This document shows positions 19,484-25,879 of a stretch of DNA of 38,178 bases, one piece after another. The position numbers were made by a program, and so were the translations under genes. Source of the DNA: a virus. Lineage: Duplodnaviria > Caudoviricetes. Location: positions 1-38,178 of IMG/VR virus record IMGVR_UViG_3300044621_000538; one strand, given 5' to 3'. The notes under the pieces are model-generated. The model ran no database searches. It worked only from the letters and a program-made list of their open reading frames with translations, and was not told where the DNA came from. Position 1 is the stretch's first letter. Every line of letters starts with the position of its first letter.

Positions 19484-19695
19484 GCAGTTCCCCCAACCGC
19501 GATCCTCTCGGCCTTTTTGCGAGCATGGATGGCTTTCATGGTTCTGCTCATGTGCGCCTTTTGCTCTTCGCTCATGAACCGCTTGGGCTTTTGAACAATC
19601 TCCTTCAGAGGAGAATTCTCCAGAGCGTAGATGCGAATCTCAAGGTTCTTGATGGCAGAGAACAGCTTTTCTTTCTCAGCGGTGGAAATAAACAT
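19480..19695 (-). CDS. hypothetical protein with NUMOD3-like basic helix
   Basis: MSEEQKAHMSRTMK segment; coupled to the nuclease gene. Confidence 0.6.
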   Translation of the reverse strand: MFISTAEKEKLFSAIKNLEIRIYALENSPLKEIVQKPKRFMSEEQKAHMSRTMKAIHARKKAERIAVGGTA

Positions 19696-19712
19696 TTTTT
19701 GCCCTTTCTAGA

Positions 19713-20354
19713 TCAAAACGGAACATCGTCATCCATGTCGTCAAACCCGCTGCCGCCGGTCTTCTGACTTGGTTCTTTCTTGGCGGAGCGCCACTCAGGA
19801 CTGCCCTGAATCACTTCTTTCAGGTAGTCAGAGAAGGTCTCAAAAAGCTCCATGTCAGGGTTGCTGATCAGGAACATTGAGCATTTGTTGTGGCCCTTGG
19901 GCAGACCGTTTTGACGGACGATCTTGGGCACCGGGGTGACGCCGACGATGTTGGCAAACACGCCGCCCTTTTGACGGGGCTTGTGCTGGACGTTGATCAT
20001 GCACCACTGGTCAAGGATGTTCTTGAGATCAAAGCGCCGCTGCTCTTCCTCGGTGAAAGGGCGACCGCGCCAAGACTCCAAATCCTTGCGGAGATTGGCC
20101 TTCTCACCCCAGGACAGGGTGTAGTCCTTGGTGATGACCATAGGCTCGCCCTTGTCGGTGACCATAGGCTTGCCTGACTCATCTTCGCCGTGGACTTCCC
20201 AGACGAATTTGACCTTGTGAAGATAGTTGATCTTGCCGTCGAACTCAGACTTCTGAGTGCCAAGATCAATGATGCGGTACAGGCGGGCCAGATGCATACC
20301 AGAGGCCACGGGGGTGAACGATCCACCGCCAGAGTTTTCAACTACGAGACTCAT
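19713..20354 (-). CDS. ssDNA-binding / recombination-associated protein
   Basis: Acidic C-terminal tail DDMDDDVPF (SSB-type interaction tip); adjacent to the exonuclease. Confidence 0.7.
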   Translation of the reverse strand: MSLVVENSGGGSFTPVASGMHLARLYRIIDLGTQKSEFDGKINYLHKVKFVWEVHGEDESGKPMVTDKGEPMVITKDYTLSWGEKANLRKDLESWRGRPFTEEEQRRFDLKNILDQWCMINVQHKPRQKGGVFANIVGVTPVPKIVRQNGLPKGHNKCSMFLISNPDMELFETFSDYLKEVIQGSPEWRSAKKEPSQKTGGSGFDDMDDDVPF

Positions 20355-20517
20355 TCTTTGCTCCAAAAATTTCGTGAAATGCTTTCAAAAATACGTCGGT
20401 ATCTGTTGTGAAAGGGTCGGGAAGTTTTGCTCTCTTCAATTCATCTTGGATTCTCCATTTCTGATGTTCAGCTTGCGCCACGGGATCGTTGAGCCACTCT
20501 TCATATTCTTCAGTCAT
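20338..20517 (-). CDS. hypothetical protein
   Basis: MTEEYEEWLNDP..., overlapping its neighbours in the operon. Confidence 0.65.
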   Translation of the reverse strand: MTEEYEEWLNDPVAQAEHQKWRIQDELKRAKLPDPFTTDTDVFLKAFHEIFGAKNESRS

Positions 20518-20734
20518 CCCAGCCTCCGAAGAAAATTGCAATGCCAGCTTCGCGGGGCAGGCTCATGCCATGAGCCACCGCATTGTTGACATCGATGGCC
20601 TGATTCAAACCTTGCCCGATGCCAACGAAGAAGTGCAGGCGCTCCAGCATGGGTTCCAGCACCATGACAAAGACCAAGCGGCCATTAGGCTGGTCGTCGA
20701 ACAGGGCGTCCTTGTAGACAATCTCTTCCATCAT
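20510..20734 (-). CDS. hypothetical protein
   Basis: 74 aa, GGAGG RBS. Confidence 0.7.
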   Translation of the reverse strand: MMEEIVYKDALFDDQPNGRLVFVMVLEPMLERLHFFVGIGQGLNQAIDVNNAVAHGMSLPREAGIAIFFGGWDD

Positions 20735-20826
20735 GGCCTCCAGACAAAAACATCAAGGGCCACAACGATGAGGGCCAACAGAAAAACTACGCGCTCGGCG
20801 ATTTCAATGGGCGTGAAAAACCTCAT
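20731..20826 (-). CDS. 31-aa single-TM membrane peptide
   Basis: Manual translation MRFFTPIEIAERVVFLLALIVVALDVFVWRP*; GGAG RBS; ATGA overlaps on both sides. Not in the ORF track. Confidence 0.7.
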   Translation of the reverse strand: MRFFTPIEIAERVVFLLALIVVALDVFVWRP

Positions 20827-20999
20827 AGCAACTCCAACTGTTTGACGACCTGGGTGAAGTATTTGCAGTCGCGCTCGACAGCTTCTTTGAGCTTGTGCGC
20901 TTCAAATTCCTCGAAGCCGTCAATGCACCGAAGCAGCGACTCAACGCTGTTGAGGAATGACACGAATTCCTGCGTGTCAAGTGCAATCATGTCCTGCAT
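20823..20999 (-). CDS. hypothetical protein
   Basis: MQDMIALDTQEF..., GAGGTG RBS. Confidence 0.65.
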   Translation of the reverse strand: MQDMIALDTQEFVSFLNSVESLLRCIDGFEEFEAHKLKEAVERDCKYFTQVVKQLELL

Positions 21000-21001
21000 G
21001 A

Positions 21002-21217
21002 TCACCTCGCAATCAAGGCGGCAATCACGAAGACGGCCAACAAAGCAACGATGTACATGGCAAAGCCGATGACCTGCTGCACTGTTGGGGTTCGCCTGTA
21101 CCCCAGGAAGACGCCCTGCCAAAACTCTCCCTCACGGGAGACATGGTTGATTGTGGGGGGGTCGTATCGACAGCCGATCTGGAGACCGGACTTTGTGGTG
21201 TATGGCAAATGCCGCAT
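21002..21217 (-). CDS. small membrane protein, first gene of the leftward operon
   Basis: PYTTKSGLQIG N-terminus, C-terminal TM helix, AAAGGA RBS. Confidence 0.75.
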   Translation of the reverse strand: MRHLPYTTKSGLQIGCRYDPPTINHVSREGEFWQGVFLGYRRTPTVQQVIGFAMYIVALLAVFVIAALIAR

Positions 21218-21254
21218 ATCGTTCCTTTCATGAGCGCACTGTCGGCGCAGATGA

Positions 21255-21325
21255 ATTACAGCACAACTTTAACGGCGTGTACAAGAAATTTTTGTGCTTG
21301 TTGTTTTTTAACACTGTGCTATATT
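21255..21325. promoter_or_regulatory. divergent early promoters (PL/PR-like)
   Basis: Leftward TTGTAC(21284-21279)-18-TGTAAT(21260-21255); rightward TTGTTG(21298-21303)-16-TATATT(21320-21325). Both have a TG extension and a TTTAAC motif in the spacer; AT-rich. Confidence 0.65.
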
Positions 21326-21331
21326 CGGGGG

Positions 21332-21388
21332 GTTGGGAAAGCTGATGCTGGAAGGGCCGAAATATGCGCCAGTGCAGCGAGTACCAAC
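21332..21388 (+). ncRNA. structured RNA hairpin with loop-E-like internal loop
   Basis: Stems GTTGG/CCAAC, GCTG/CAGC and TGCTGG/CCAGTG; internal loop GAAA opposite GAGTA; begins at the predicted TSS. Confidence 0.55.
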
Positions 21389-21392
21389 ACCT

Positions 21393-21468
21393 GCTGCTCA
21401 AGCATTGCTGGCGATGCACCGGATTTGTAATCCGGGGATACGCGGTTCGATTCCGTGGAGCAGCACCA
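21393..21468 (+). tRNA. trnT: tRNA-Thr(TGT)
   Basis: 76-nt cloverleaf: acceptor GCTGCTC/GAGCAGC, D-stem GCAT/ATGC, anticodon arm CCGGA-TTTGTAA-TCCGG, T-arm CGCGG-TTCGATT-CCGTG, encoded CCA. Confidence 0.92.
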
Positions 21469-21470
21469 AG

Positions 21471-21540
21471 ACGCATGGGGACTGGGCGAGAGCGGCACGA
21501 AGCGCCCGGGTGGATGGCCGTAGACAGCCCCCAGCCGTGT
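21471..21540 (+). ncRNA. putative multibranch structured RNA
   Basis: ACGC/GTGT, TGGGG/CCCCA and CTG/CAG outer stems; GGGCG/CGCCC is a possible inner helix that shares one G with the outer stem. Confidence 0.45.
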
Positions 21541-21617
21541 TGGTGAGCGCGTTTGGTAGGGCAACTGCTCGACGTTAAGTCGGGTTGGAGGCGATGGTTC
21601 GATTCCATCCACCAACA
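21539..21617 (+). ncRNA. tRNA-like element (non-canonical / pseudo-tRNA)
   Basis: Acceptor-like GTTGGTG/CACCAAC, perfect T-arm GATGG-TTCGATT-CCATC, TGGTA D-loop-like segment, arm CTCGA-CGTTAAG-TCGGG; poor D-stem and no CCA. Confidence 0.65.
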
Positions 21618-21634
21618 ACCTTCAAAGGAAAGAG

Positions 21635-21826
21635 ATGATTGACTACGCCCACCCCACCATGATGGCTGAGAACGCCCTCAAAGAGCTTCACAAGGCCATG
21701 CTTGAACGCCGCTATGAGGACGCCGTCCAAGCGGGCATCCGCGCATTGGCGGAGACGCGCCTTGCCATTCAAGCCGTCCGTCACACAATGGAAAAAGAAA
21801 CGAAGACATCGTATGACGCTGAGTGA
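21635..21826 (+). CDS. hypothetical protein
   Basis: 63 aa, helical, AAAGGA RBS. Confidence 0.75.
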   Translation: MIDYAHPTMMAENALKELHKAMLERRYEDAVQAGIRALAETRLAIQAVRHTMEKETKTSYDAE

Positions 21827-22037
21827 ATATTTCTCCACAGAGCCTCGTGGGGCCAAGCACGAGATGGCCGAGTACCTGGGCATCACCGACACCTACATCT
21901 CGCTGCTGATCCACGGCAAACGCCGTCCCAGCGGGCCTATGGCTCTGAGCATTGAACGAGCCACCCAGGGGCTGGTGACCCGTCAAGAACTGCGTCCTGA
22001 TCTTTACCCTGTTGACATGGAAAAGATGGCCGCATAA
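21813..22037 (+). CDS. Cro-like HTH regulator (YdaS-like)
   Basis: MAEYLGITDTYISLLIHGKRRPS HTH and C-terminal IERAT.G.V...ELRPD signature. Confidence 0.85.
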   Translation: MTLSEYFSTEPRGAKHEMAEYLGITDTYISLLIHGKRRPSGPMALSIERATQGLVTRQELRPDLYPVDMEKMAA

Positions 22038-22040
22038 ACT
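22012..22040 (+). promoter_or_regulatory. sigma70 promoter for the replication operon
   Basis: TTGACA(22012-22017)-17 bp-TAAACT(22035-22040), embedded in the end of the cro-like gene. Confidence 0.8.
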
Positions 22041-22045
22041 GTTTT

Positions 22046-22144
22046 GGAACCCGGCTAGGTGGGGAGTAGCTACCCCACCGAAAAGCGACCCGCATCCCGC
22101 CTGCCGTGCGTTTCTTTCCCAGGATGCTGCTCAGGATCGCGGAA
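22046..22144 (+). promoter_or_regulatory. structured 5' leader RNA of the replication gene
   Basis: Three-way junction: CGGC/GCCG, GGTGGGG/CCCCACC, GAAAA linker, GCG/CGC. Loop GCATCC is complementary to downstream GGATGC. Confidence 0.65.
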
Positions 22145-22876
22145 ATGCACTATTACCAGTTCAACATTGGTGACTACGTCAGTCACACACGGCACCTCTC
22201 CCCCATAGAGGACATTGCCTATCGTCGCCTGCTCGACGCCTACTACCTCCAAGAACGTCCGTTGAACAGCGGTTCAGCGGTTGTTGCTCGCCAGATCGGC
22301 ATGAGGGAGTACGAAAAAGAAGTCGCGCTGGTTCTCGAAGAGTTTTTCACGCTTGGGCCTGACGGCTGGACGAACGGGAGAGCCGACAAGGAAATTAAAC
22401 ACTTTCACTCAAAAATTGAGCAGGCTTCACGCGCCGGTAAAGCATCCGCTGAACGCCGGAGCAGCGCCCGTTCAACGGACGTTCAACCAACCAACAACCA
22501 AGAACCAATAACCAATAACCAAGAACCAGATACAGAAGAAGCTAACGCTTCTCGTCCCCGCCAAGCGGGAACCCCCTCTGCGCCCATCGATGAAATCGTC
22601 AGCCTGTACAACGAGAAGCTGCCGATGCTGCCCAGGGTCACCGTGGTCAACGACAGCCGCAAGAGGGCGATCTCTGCCCGCTGGAGGGAGGTGGTCACTG
22701 CTGACAAACTGGATCGCCAGGGTGGCCTGGACTTCTTCGCTTGGTACTTCGGCATGGTCAGCCAGAGCAAATTCCTGACCGGCAAGGCCAAGGACTGGAA
22801 GGCCGACATCGATTTCCTGTTTAACCCGTCCAAGTTCCCTCGCGTGATCGAGGGCTTTTATCACAAGGAGCAATGA
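22145..22876 (+). CDS. replication initiator, YdaU/DUF1376-type N-terminus
   Basis: MHYYQFNIGDY..HTRHLS..EDIAYRRLLD.YY motif; C-terminal WKADIDFL...VIEG.Y typical of phage O-like proteins; follows cro. Confidence 0.85.
   Translation: MHYYQFNIGDYVSHTRHLSPIEDIAYRRLLDAYYLQERPLNSGSAVVARQIGMREYEKEVALVLEEFFTLGPDGWTNGRADKEIKHFHSKIEQASRAGKASAERRSSARSTDVQPTNNQEPITNNQEPDTEEANASRPRQAGTPSAPIDEIVSLYNEKLPMLPRVTVVNDSRKRAISARWREVVTADKLDRQGGLDFFAWYFGMVSQSKFLTGKAKDWKADIDFLFNPSKFPRVIEGFYHKEQ
22469..22530 (+). repeat. putative replication origin repeats inside the initiator gene
   Basis: CGTTCAAC twice (22469, 22480), then six heptamers AACCAAC/AACCAAG/AACCAAT/AACCAAT/AACCAAG/AACCAGA (22489-22530). Confidence 0.7.
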
Positions 22877-23076
22877 TGACCATATGGATTGTTCGCAAGC
22901 ATCCACCGTATCCGCTTGGAATTTCGTATGGAAATCTTGAGGCGTTCACGATTTTCAGCACCCATTCGACGCGAGCGGAGGCTGAAGCTGTGGCAAGCAG
23001 CAAAGGCGCTCGCGCCAAAAAACAAAATTCGCGGTACCTGTACACCGTGGGTCGCGTAACACTGAAGGAGCAATGA
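22873..23076 (+). CDS. hypothetical protein flanked by 15-bp direct repeats
   Basis: 67 aa; AAGGAGCAATGATGA at 22865 and 23065. Confidence 0.65.
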   Translation: MMTIWIVRKHPPYPLGISYGNLEAFTIFSTHSTRAEAEAVASSKGARAKKQNSRYLYTVGRVTLKEQ

Positions 23077-23387
23077 TGAGCTACCAATCCGCCAAGCGCC
23101 AATACGAGTCCGAGAAGTTCGAGGTCACCAGCGAGCCGGTGCTGAAGTGCCGGGACTGCTACACCACCACCACCCGCGAGGAGGCGTCTGGCTACGGCCT
23201 GCGCTGCACCCAGTGCTACCAAAGCTGGTGCAGGCAGGCTCCTGCCTACATTCCAAAGAAGGACTACGGGACAGACCCCAAGGGCTGGGCGCGGCGCATC
23301 ATTGACCGGCATAACGACGGCCAGGGCGTCTCCTCGATTGCTCTGAAGTTCGCCAACGAAGCTCTGGGGAACAGGCATGGACTATGA
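23073..23387 (+). CDS. zinc-finger hypothetical protein
   Basis: CRDC...CTQC pairs and DPKGWARRII motif; sits at the helicase-loader position. Confidence 0.75.
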   Translation: MMSYQSAKRQYESEKFEVTSEPVLKCRDCYTTTTREEASGYGLRCTQCYQSWCRQAPAYIPKKDYGTDPKGWARRIIDRHNDGQGVSSIALKFANEALGNRHGL

Positions 23388-23664
23388 GCAGGCCAAGAAA
23401 ATCCTCGACCAAGTCCGAAGTGGGTGTGGTGATGCCCATTCACCGGCCACCATCGACCGTGCCCTCCATGTCACCGGAGACCTTGCAGTTCATGAGGGAG
23501 TGCGAAGCACGGGAATGGATTGCGAGGTATCGCAAGAAGACTGGAGAAGTCGGCTCCGCCTCCGCTCGATCTTGGTGGGAGGAAACCAAGGAAAAAATCG
23601 CCAAAGTCCGTGGCGAAGAGAGTTTGCGTTCCCTCTTAAAACTCATGGAGCAGGAACGTGCTAA
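23377..23664 (+). CDS. hypothetical protein
   Basis: MDYEQAKKILDQ...IDRALHVTGDL; the 3' half overlaps another plausible frame. Confidence 0.5.
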   Translation: MDYEQAKKILDQVRSGCGDAHSPATIDRALHVTGDLAVHEGVRSTGMDCEVSQEDWRSRLRLRSILVGGNQGKNRQSPWRREFAFPLKTHGAGTC

Positions 23665-23677
23665 GAATCGAGCTTGA
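23384..23677 (+). CDS. hypothetical protein (overlapping frame)
   Basis: ATGA-coupled start; helical C-terminal half MRECEAREWIARY...KVRGEESL looks protein-like. Confidence 0.55.
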   Translation: MSRPRKSSTKSEVGVVMPIHRPPSTVPSMSPETLQFMRECEAREWIARYRKKTGEVGSASARSWWEETKEKIAKVRGEESLRSLLKLMEQERAKNRA

Positions 23678-24017
23678 CTTCCCGGCGGCTGATCTTTTCC
23701 CGAATCGTCGCAACGGCAAGCACTGGTCGTCGGTACACAAAGCGAAGACCGAAGCGCGGGAGACGGCGTACTGGAAGACCAAGTGTTACCGCAAGCCAGC
23801 CCTTGGCGATGGCGAGGTGGAACTGGTGATCACCTTCGAGATGCCTGACAAACGCCATCGTGATGCCGACAACTGCCTCGCTGCGGCCAAAGCGGCTCTT
23901 GACGGTTTTGCCCATGCGCTAGACATCGATGACCGGCGGTTCAACCCGTTGAAAATTTACCGTAAGGCCGGGACAAAACCCGGAAAGATGATCGTTCAAA
24001 TTCAGGAGACAACATGA
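23658..24017 (+). CDS. rusA: RusA-like Holliday junction resolvase
   Basis: PN...HW N-terminus, RDADN..AAAKAALDG...IDD catalytic Asp/Lys pattern. Confidence 0.8.
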   Translation: MLRIELDFPAADLFPNRRNGKHWSSVHKAKTEARETAYWKTKCYRKPALGDGEVELVITFEMPDKRHRDADNCLAAAKAALDGFAHALDIDDRRFNPLKIYRKAGTKPGKMIVQIQETT

Positions 24018-24424
24018 TCGTACCGAAGTACACGAGGGGCAGCGCAATTCACCGGACGCTGGAATTGATTTGCATGGTGCCCAGCACCAAAGAGCAGATG
24101 AAGCTCAAGATCACCAAGGAGTCGATGCCACGGTTCCTTGAAGCCTGCATCAACCCTCTCCTGGCGGACAAGTTCATCGTCAAAAAGGGTGATGTCTTTC
24201 ACCCCACCGATGCGGGGGAGGCTCGCCTGGATACGCTGGGCTTCACGAAGAAGCACCTGCCGCACCGCAAGAACAAAAACTGGATTGACAAAGTTGCCTA
24301 CACCGGGGAGGAACTGACGATGAAGCCGATCCGCCCTGGCGCTGATGATCACGAGCGGTGCCCCAGCCTTGTTGGCGACACCCGGTACTGGAGAGATGGC
24401 CGCAAGGAGGTAAGCCATGAGTGA
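24014..24424 (+). CDS. hypothetical protein (possible winged helix)
   Basis: 136 aa; YTGEEL...RPGADDH..CPS motif; AGGAG RBS. Confidence 0.75.
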   Translation: MIVPKYTRGSAIHRTLELICMVPSTKEQMKLKITKESMPRFLEACINPLLADKFIVKKGDVFHPTDAGEARLDTLGFTKKHLPHRKNKNWIDKVAYTGEELTMKPIRPGADDHERCPSLVGDTRYWRDGRKEVSHE

Positions 24425-24770
24425 GAAGCTGATTGACCCGCAGGCAGCGGTGGACTACATGATCGCCAAGAGCGGAGAGTACGCAGAGGCGGAGGCCCAC
24501 AAAATCTTCATGGAGGAGCTTCGCAAGACGATCAAGGCCGAAGAGATGAAGGCGGCAGAGTCTCGCGGCAACGGCGAATACAAGACCGCCGCGATGCAGG
24601 AGAGGGAGGCATACGCCAGCCCCCGCTACAAAACCCATCTGGAAGCCCTTAAACAAGCCGTAGAGCGCCGCGAGAGGCTCAGGTGGATGCTGATAGCTGC
24701 CCAGGCCCGAATCGAGGTCTGGCGGTCTCAGGAGGCCAGCAACCGGAACATCGAGCGGGCGACCCTGTGA
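24417..24770 (+). CDS. coiled-coil hypothetical protein
   Basis: 117 aa helical; EREAYASPRY and IEVWRSQEAS motifs; AAGGAGG RBS. Confidence 0.8.
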   Translation: MSEKLIDPQAAVDYMIAKSGEYAEAEAHKIFMEELRKTIKAEEMKAAESRGNGEYKTAAMQEREAYASPRYKTHLEALKQAVERRERLRWMLIAAQARIEVWRSQEASNRNIERATL

Positions 24771-25042
24771 ACAACAGCCTGAGCAAAGCCGAGCGGGACT
24801 ACGTCCAGATGGTCAAGGAGTTGCCCTGCTCGGTCTGCGACGAACCCGGCCCGAGTGACGCTCACCATGTCAAGCAGCACCGGCAGTACACGGTGGTGGC
24901 TCTGTGCAAGTCCTGCCATCAAGGGGCGCTGATGGGCTGGCACGGCCAAAAGCGGATGTGGGCGCTCAAAAAGATGGACGAGATCGATGCCATGAACGTC
25001 ACCGTCCAGCGTCTTTTTGCAAATACTAGGGTAAGCACCTAG
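24767..25042 (+). CDS. Zn-binding HNH-like protein (DUF968/Ref-like)
   Basis: LPCSVC...AHH...LCKSCH; GTGA coupling. Confidence 0.75.
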   Translation: MNNSLSKAERDYVQMVKELPCSVCDEPGPSDAHHVKQHRQYTVVALCKSCHQGALMGWHGQKRMWALKKMDEIDAMNVTVQRLFANTRVST

Positions 25043-25137
25043 AAAATAATTGAAAAAAGTTGTTGATGGGCCTTTAACGGTGTTAAGATTCGCTCACGGT
25101 CAACGAGACCGGAACGATAACCCGAAAGGAACCCATC
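25026..25137 (+). promoter_or_regulatory. promoter/leader cassette 1
   Basis: CTAGG..CCTAG, 26-bp A-rich repeat (25040-25065), TTGTTG-18-TAAGAT, hairpin CGGTC/GACCG, GGAACGATA. Confidence 0.8.
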
Positions 25138-25431
25138 ATGAACGCAAACGACATCTCCCTGACCCAGATCGACGAACTGGGCCTGCTGCTGGCGCAGATC
25201 GCAGAACTCACGGCCAAGGCCGACAAGATCAAGGACAGCATCAAGGATGCAGCCACTGCCGGTGGCCCCTCTGTCGTCGAGGGCAACCTCTACAAAGCCA
25301 CTGTGGTCGAGGCCAACCGCAAGGTCGTTGACTGGAAGAAGATCGCCAAGGTCTGCAATATCCCCGAGAGCGTGATTGCTGACAACACCAGCATCACCGC
25401 CGTGTTCTCTGTCAAAACCACCGCTCGTTAA
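25138..25431 (+). CDS. hypothetical protein
   Basis: 97 aa; IDELGLLLAQIAEL coiled coil; AAAGGA RBS. Confidence 0.8.
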   Translation: MNANDISLTQIDELGLLLAQIAELTAKADKIKDSIKDAATAGGPSVVEGNLYKATVVEANRKVVDWKKIAKVCNIPESVIADNTSITAVFSVKTTAR

Positions 25432-25444
25432 TCAGGAGGCCACC

Positions 25445-25753
25445 ATGCAATACGCAAATATGTACGGCTGGAGCGATGTCGAGCCTTTCGAGGTGGTTCG
25501 TGTGATCAGCGACAAGACCCTGGAAGTCCGCGAGATGGACGCCGAGCGCGATGAGTCCGTCAAGCTGGAGTTCCACGTTGGCGGTTTCAGCGCCCACTGC
25601 TCCAACCAGCGCGACCAGAAGTGGTTCATCACCAGCAACCCCGAGAACCGGGTGATTCGCATCCGCCTGGGCAAGCAAGGCTGGAAGGACAAGCACGGGC
25701 GCAAGTTCGCTCTGTCGGACAAGCCCTTCCGGTTCTACGACTACAACTTCTGA
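25445..25753 (+). CDS. hypothetical protein
   Basis: AGGAGG RBS; ends FYDYNF. Confidence 0.8.
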   Translation: MQYANMYGWSDVEPFEVVRVISDKTLEVREMDAERDESVKLEFHVGGFSAHCSNQRDQKWFITSNPENRVIRIRLGKQGWKDKHGRKFALSDKPFRFYDYNF

Positions 25754-25758
25754 GAAGC

Positions 25759-25777
25759 GGGGCTTCGGCCCCATCTT
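25759..25777 (+). terminator. UUCG hairpin, terminator-like
   Basis: GGGGC-TTCG-GCCCC directly after the stop; weak U-tract (ATCTT). Confidence 0.55.
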
Positions 25778-25879
25778 AGGGAAACCCCTTAGAAAATAAT
25801 TGAAAAAAGTTGTTGTCACTCCTCAAACGCAGTTAAGATAGCGTCACTGCAATTCGCAGGAACGATACAGGAGTAGGTC
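25776..25879 (+). promoter_or_regulatory. promoter/leader cassette 2
   Basis: Same 26-bp repeat (25790-25815), TTGTTG-18-TAAGAT, hairpin CTGC/GCAG, GGAACGATA. Confidence 0.8.

Noticed and set aside
21337-21362. Hammerhead ribozyme (CTGATG and GAAA present)
   Set aside because: The core reads CTGATGC rather than CTGANGA, and the three-stem arrangement is absent; a simple hairpin explains the sequence better.
21469-21540. HDV-like (theta) ribozyme directly 3' of the tRNA
   Set aside because: I could not build the nested double pseudoknot (no P1 partner for the first nucleotides), and the tRNA already encodes CCA.
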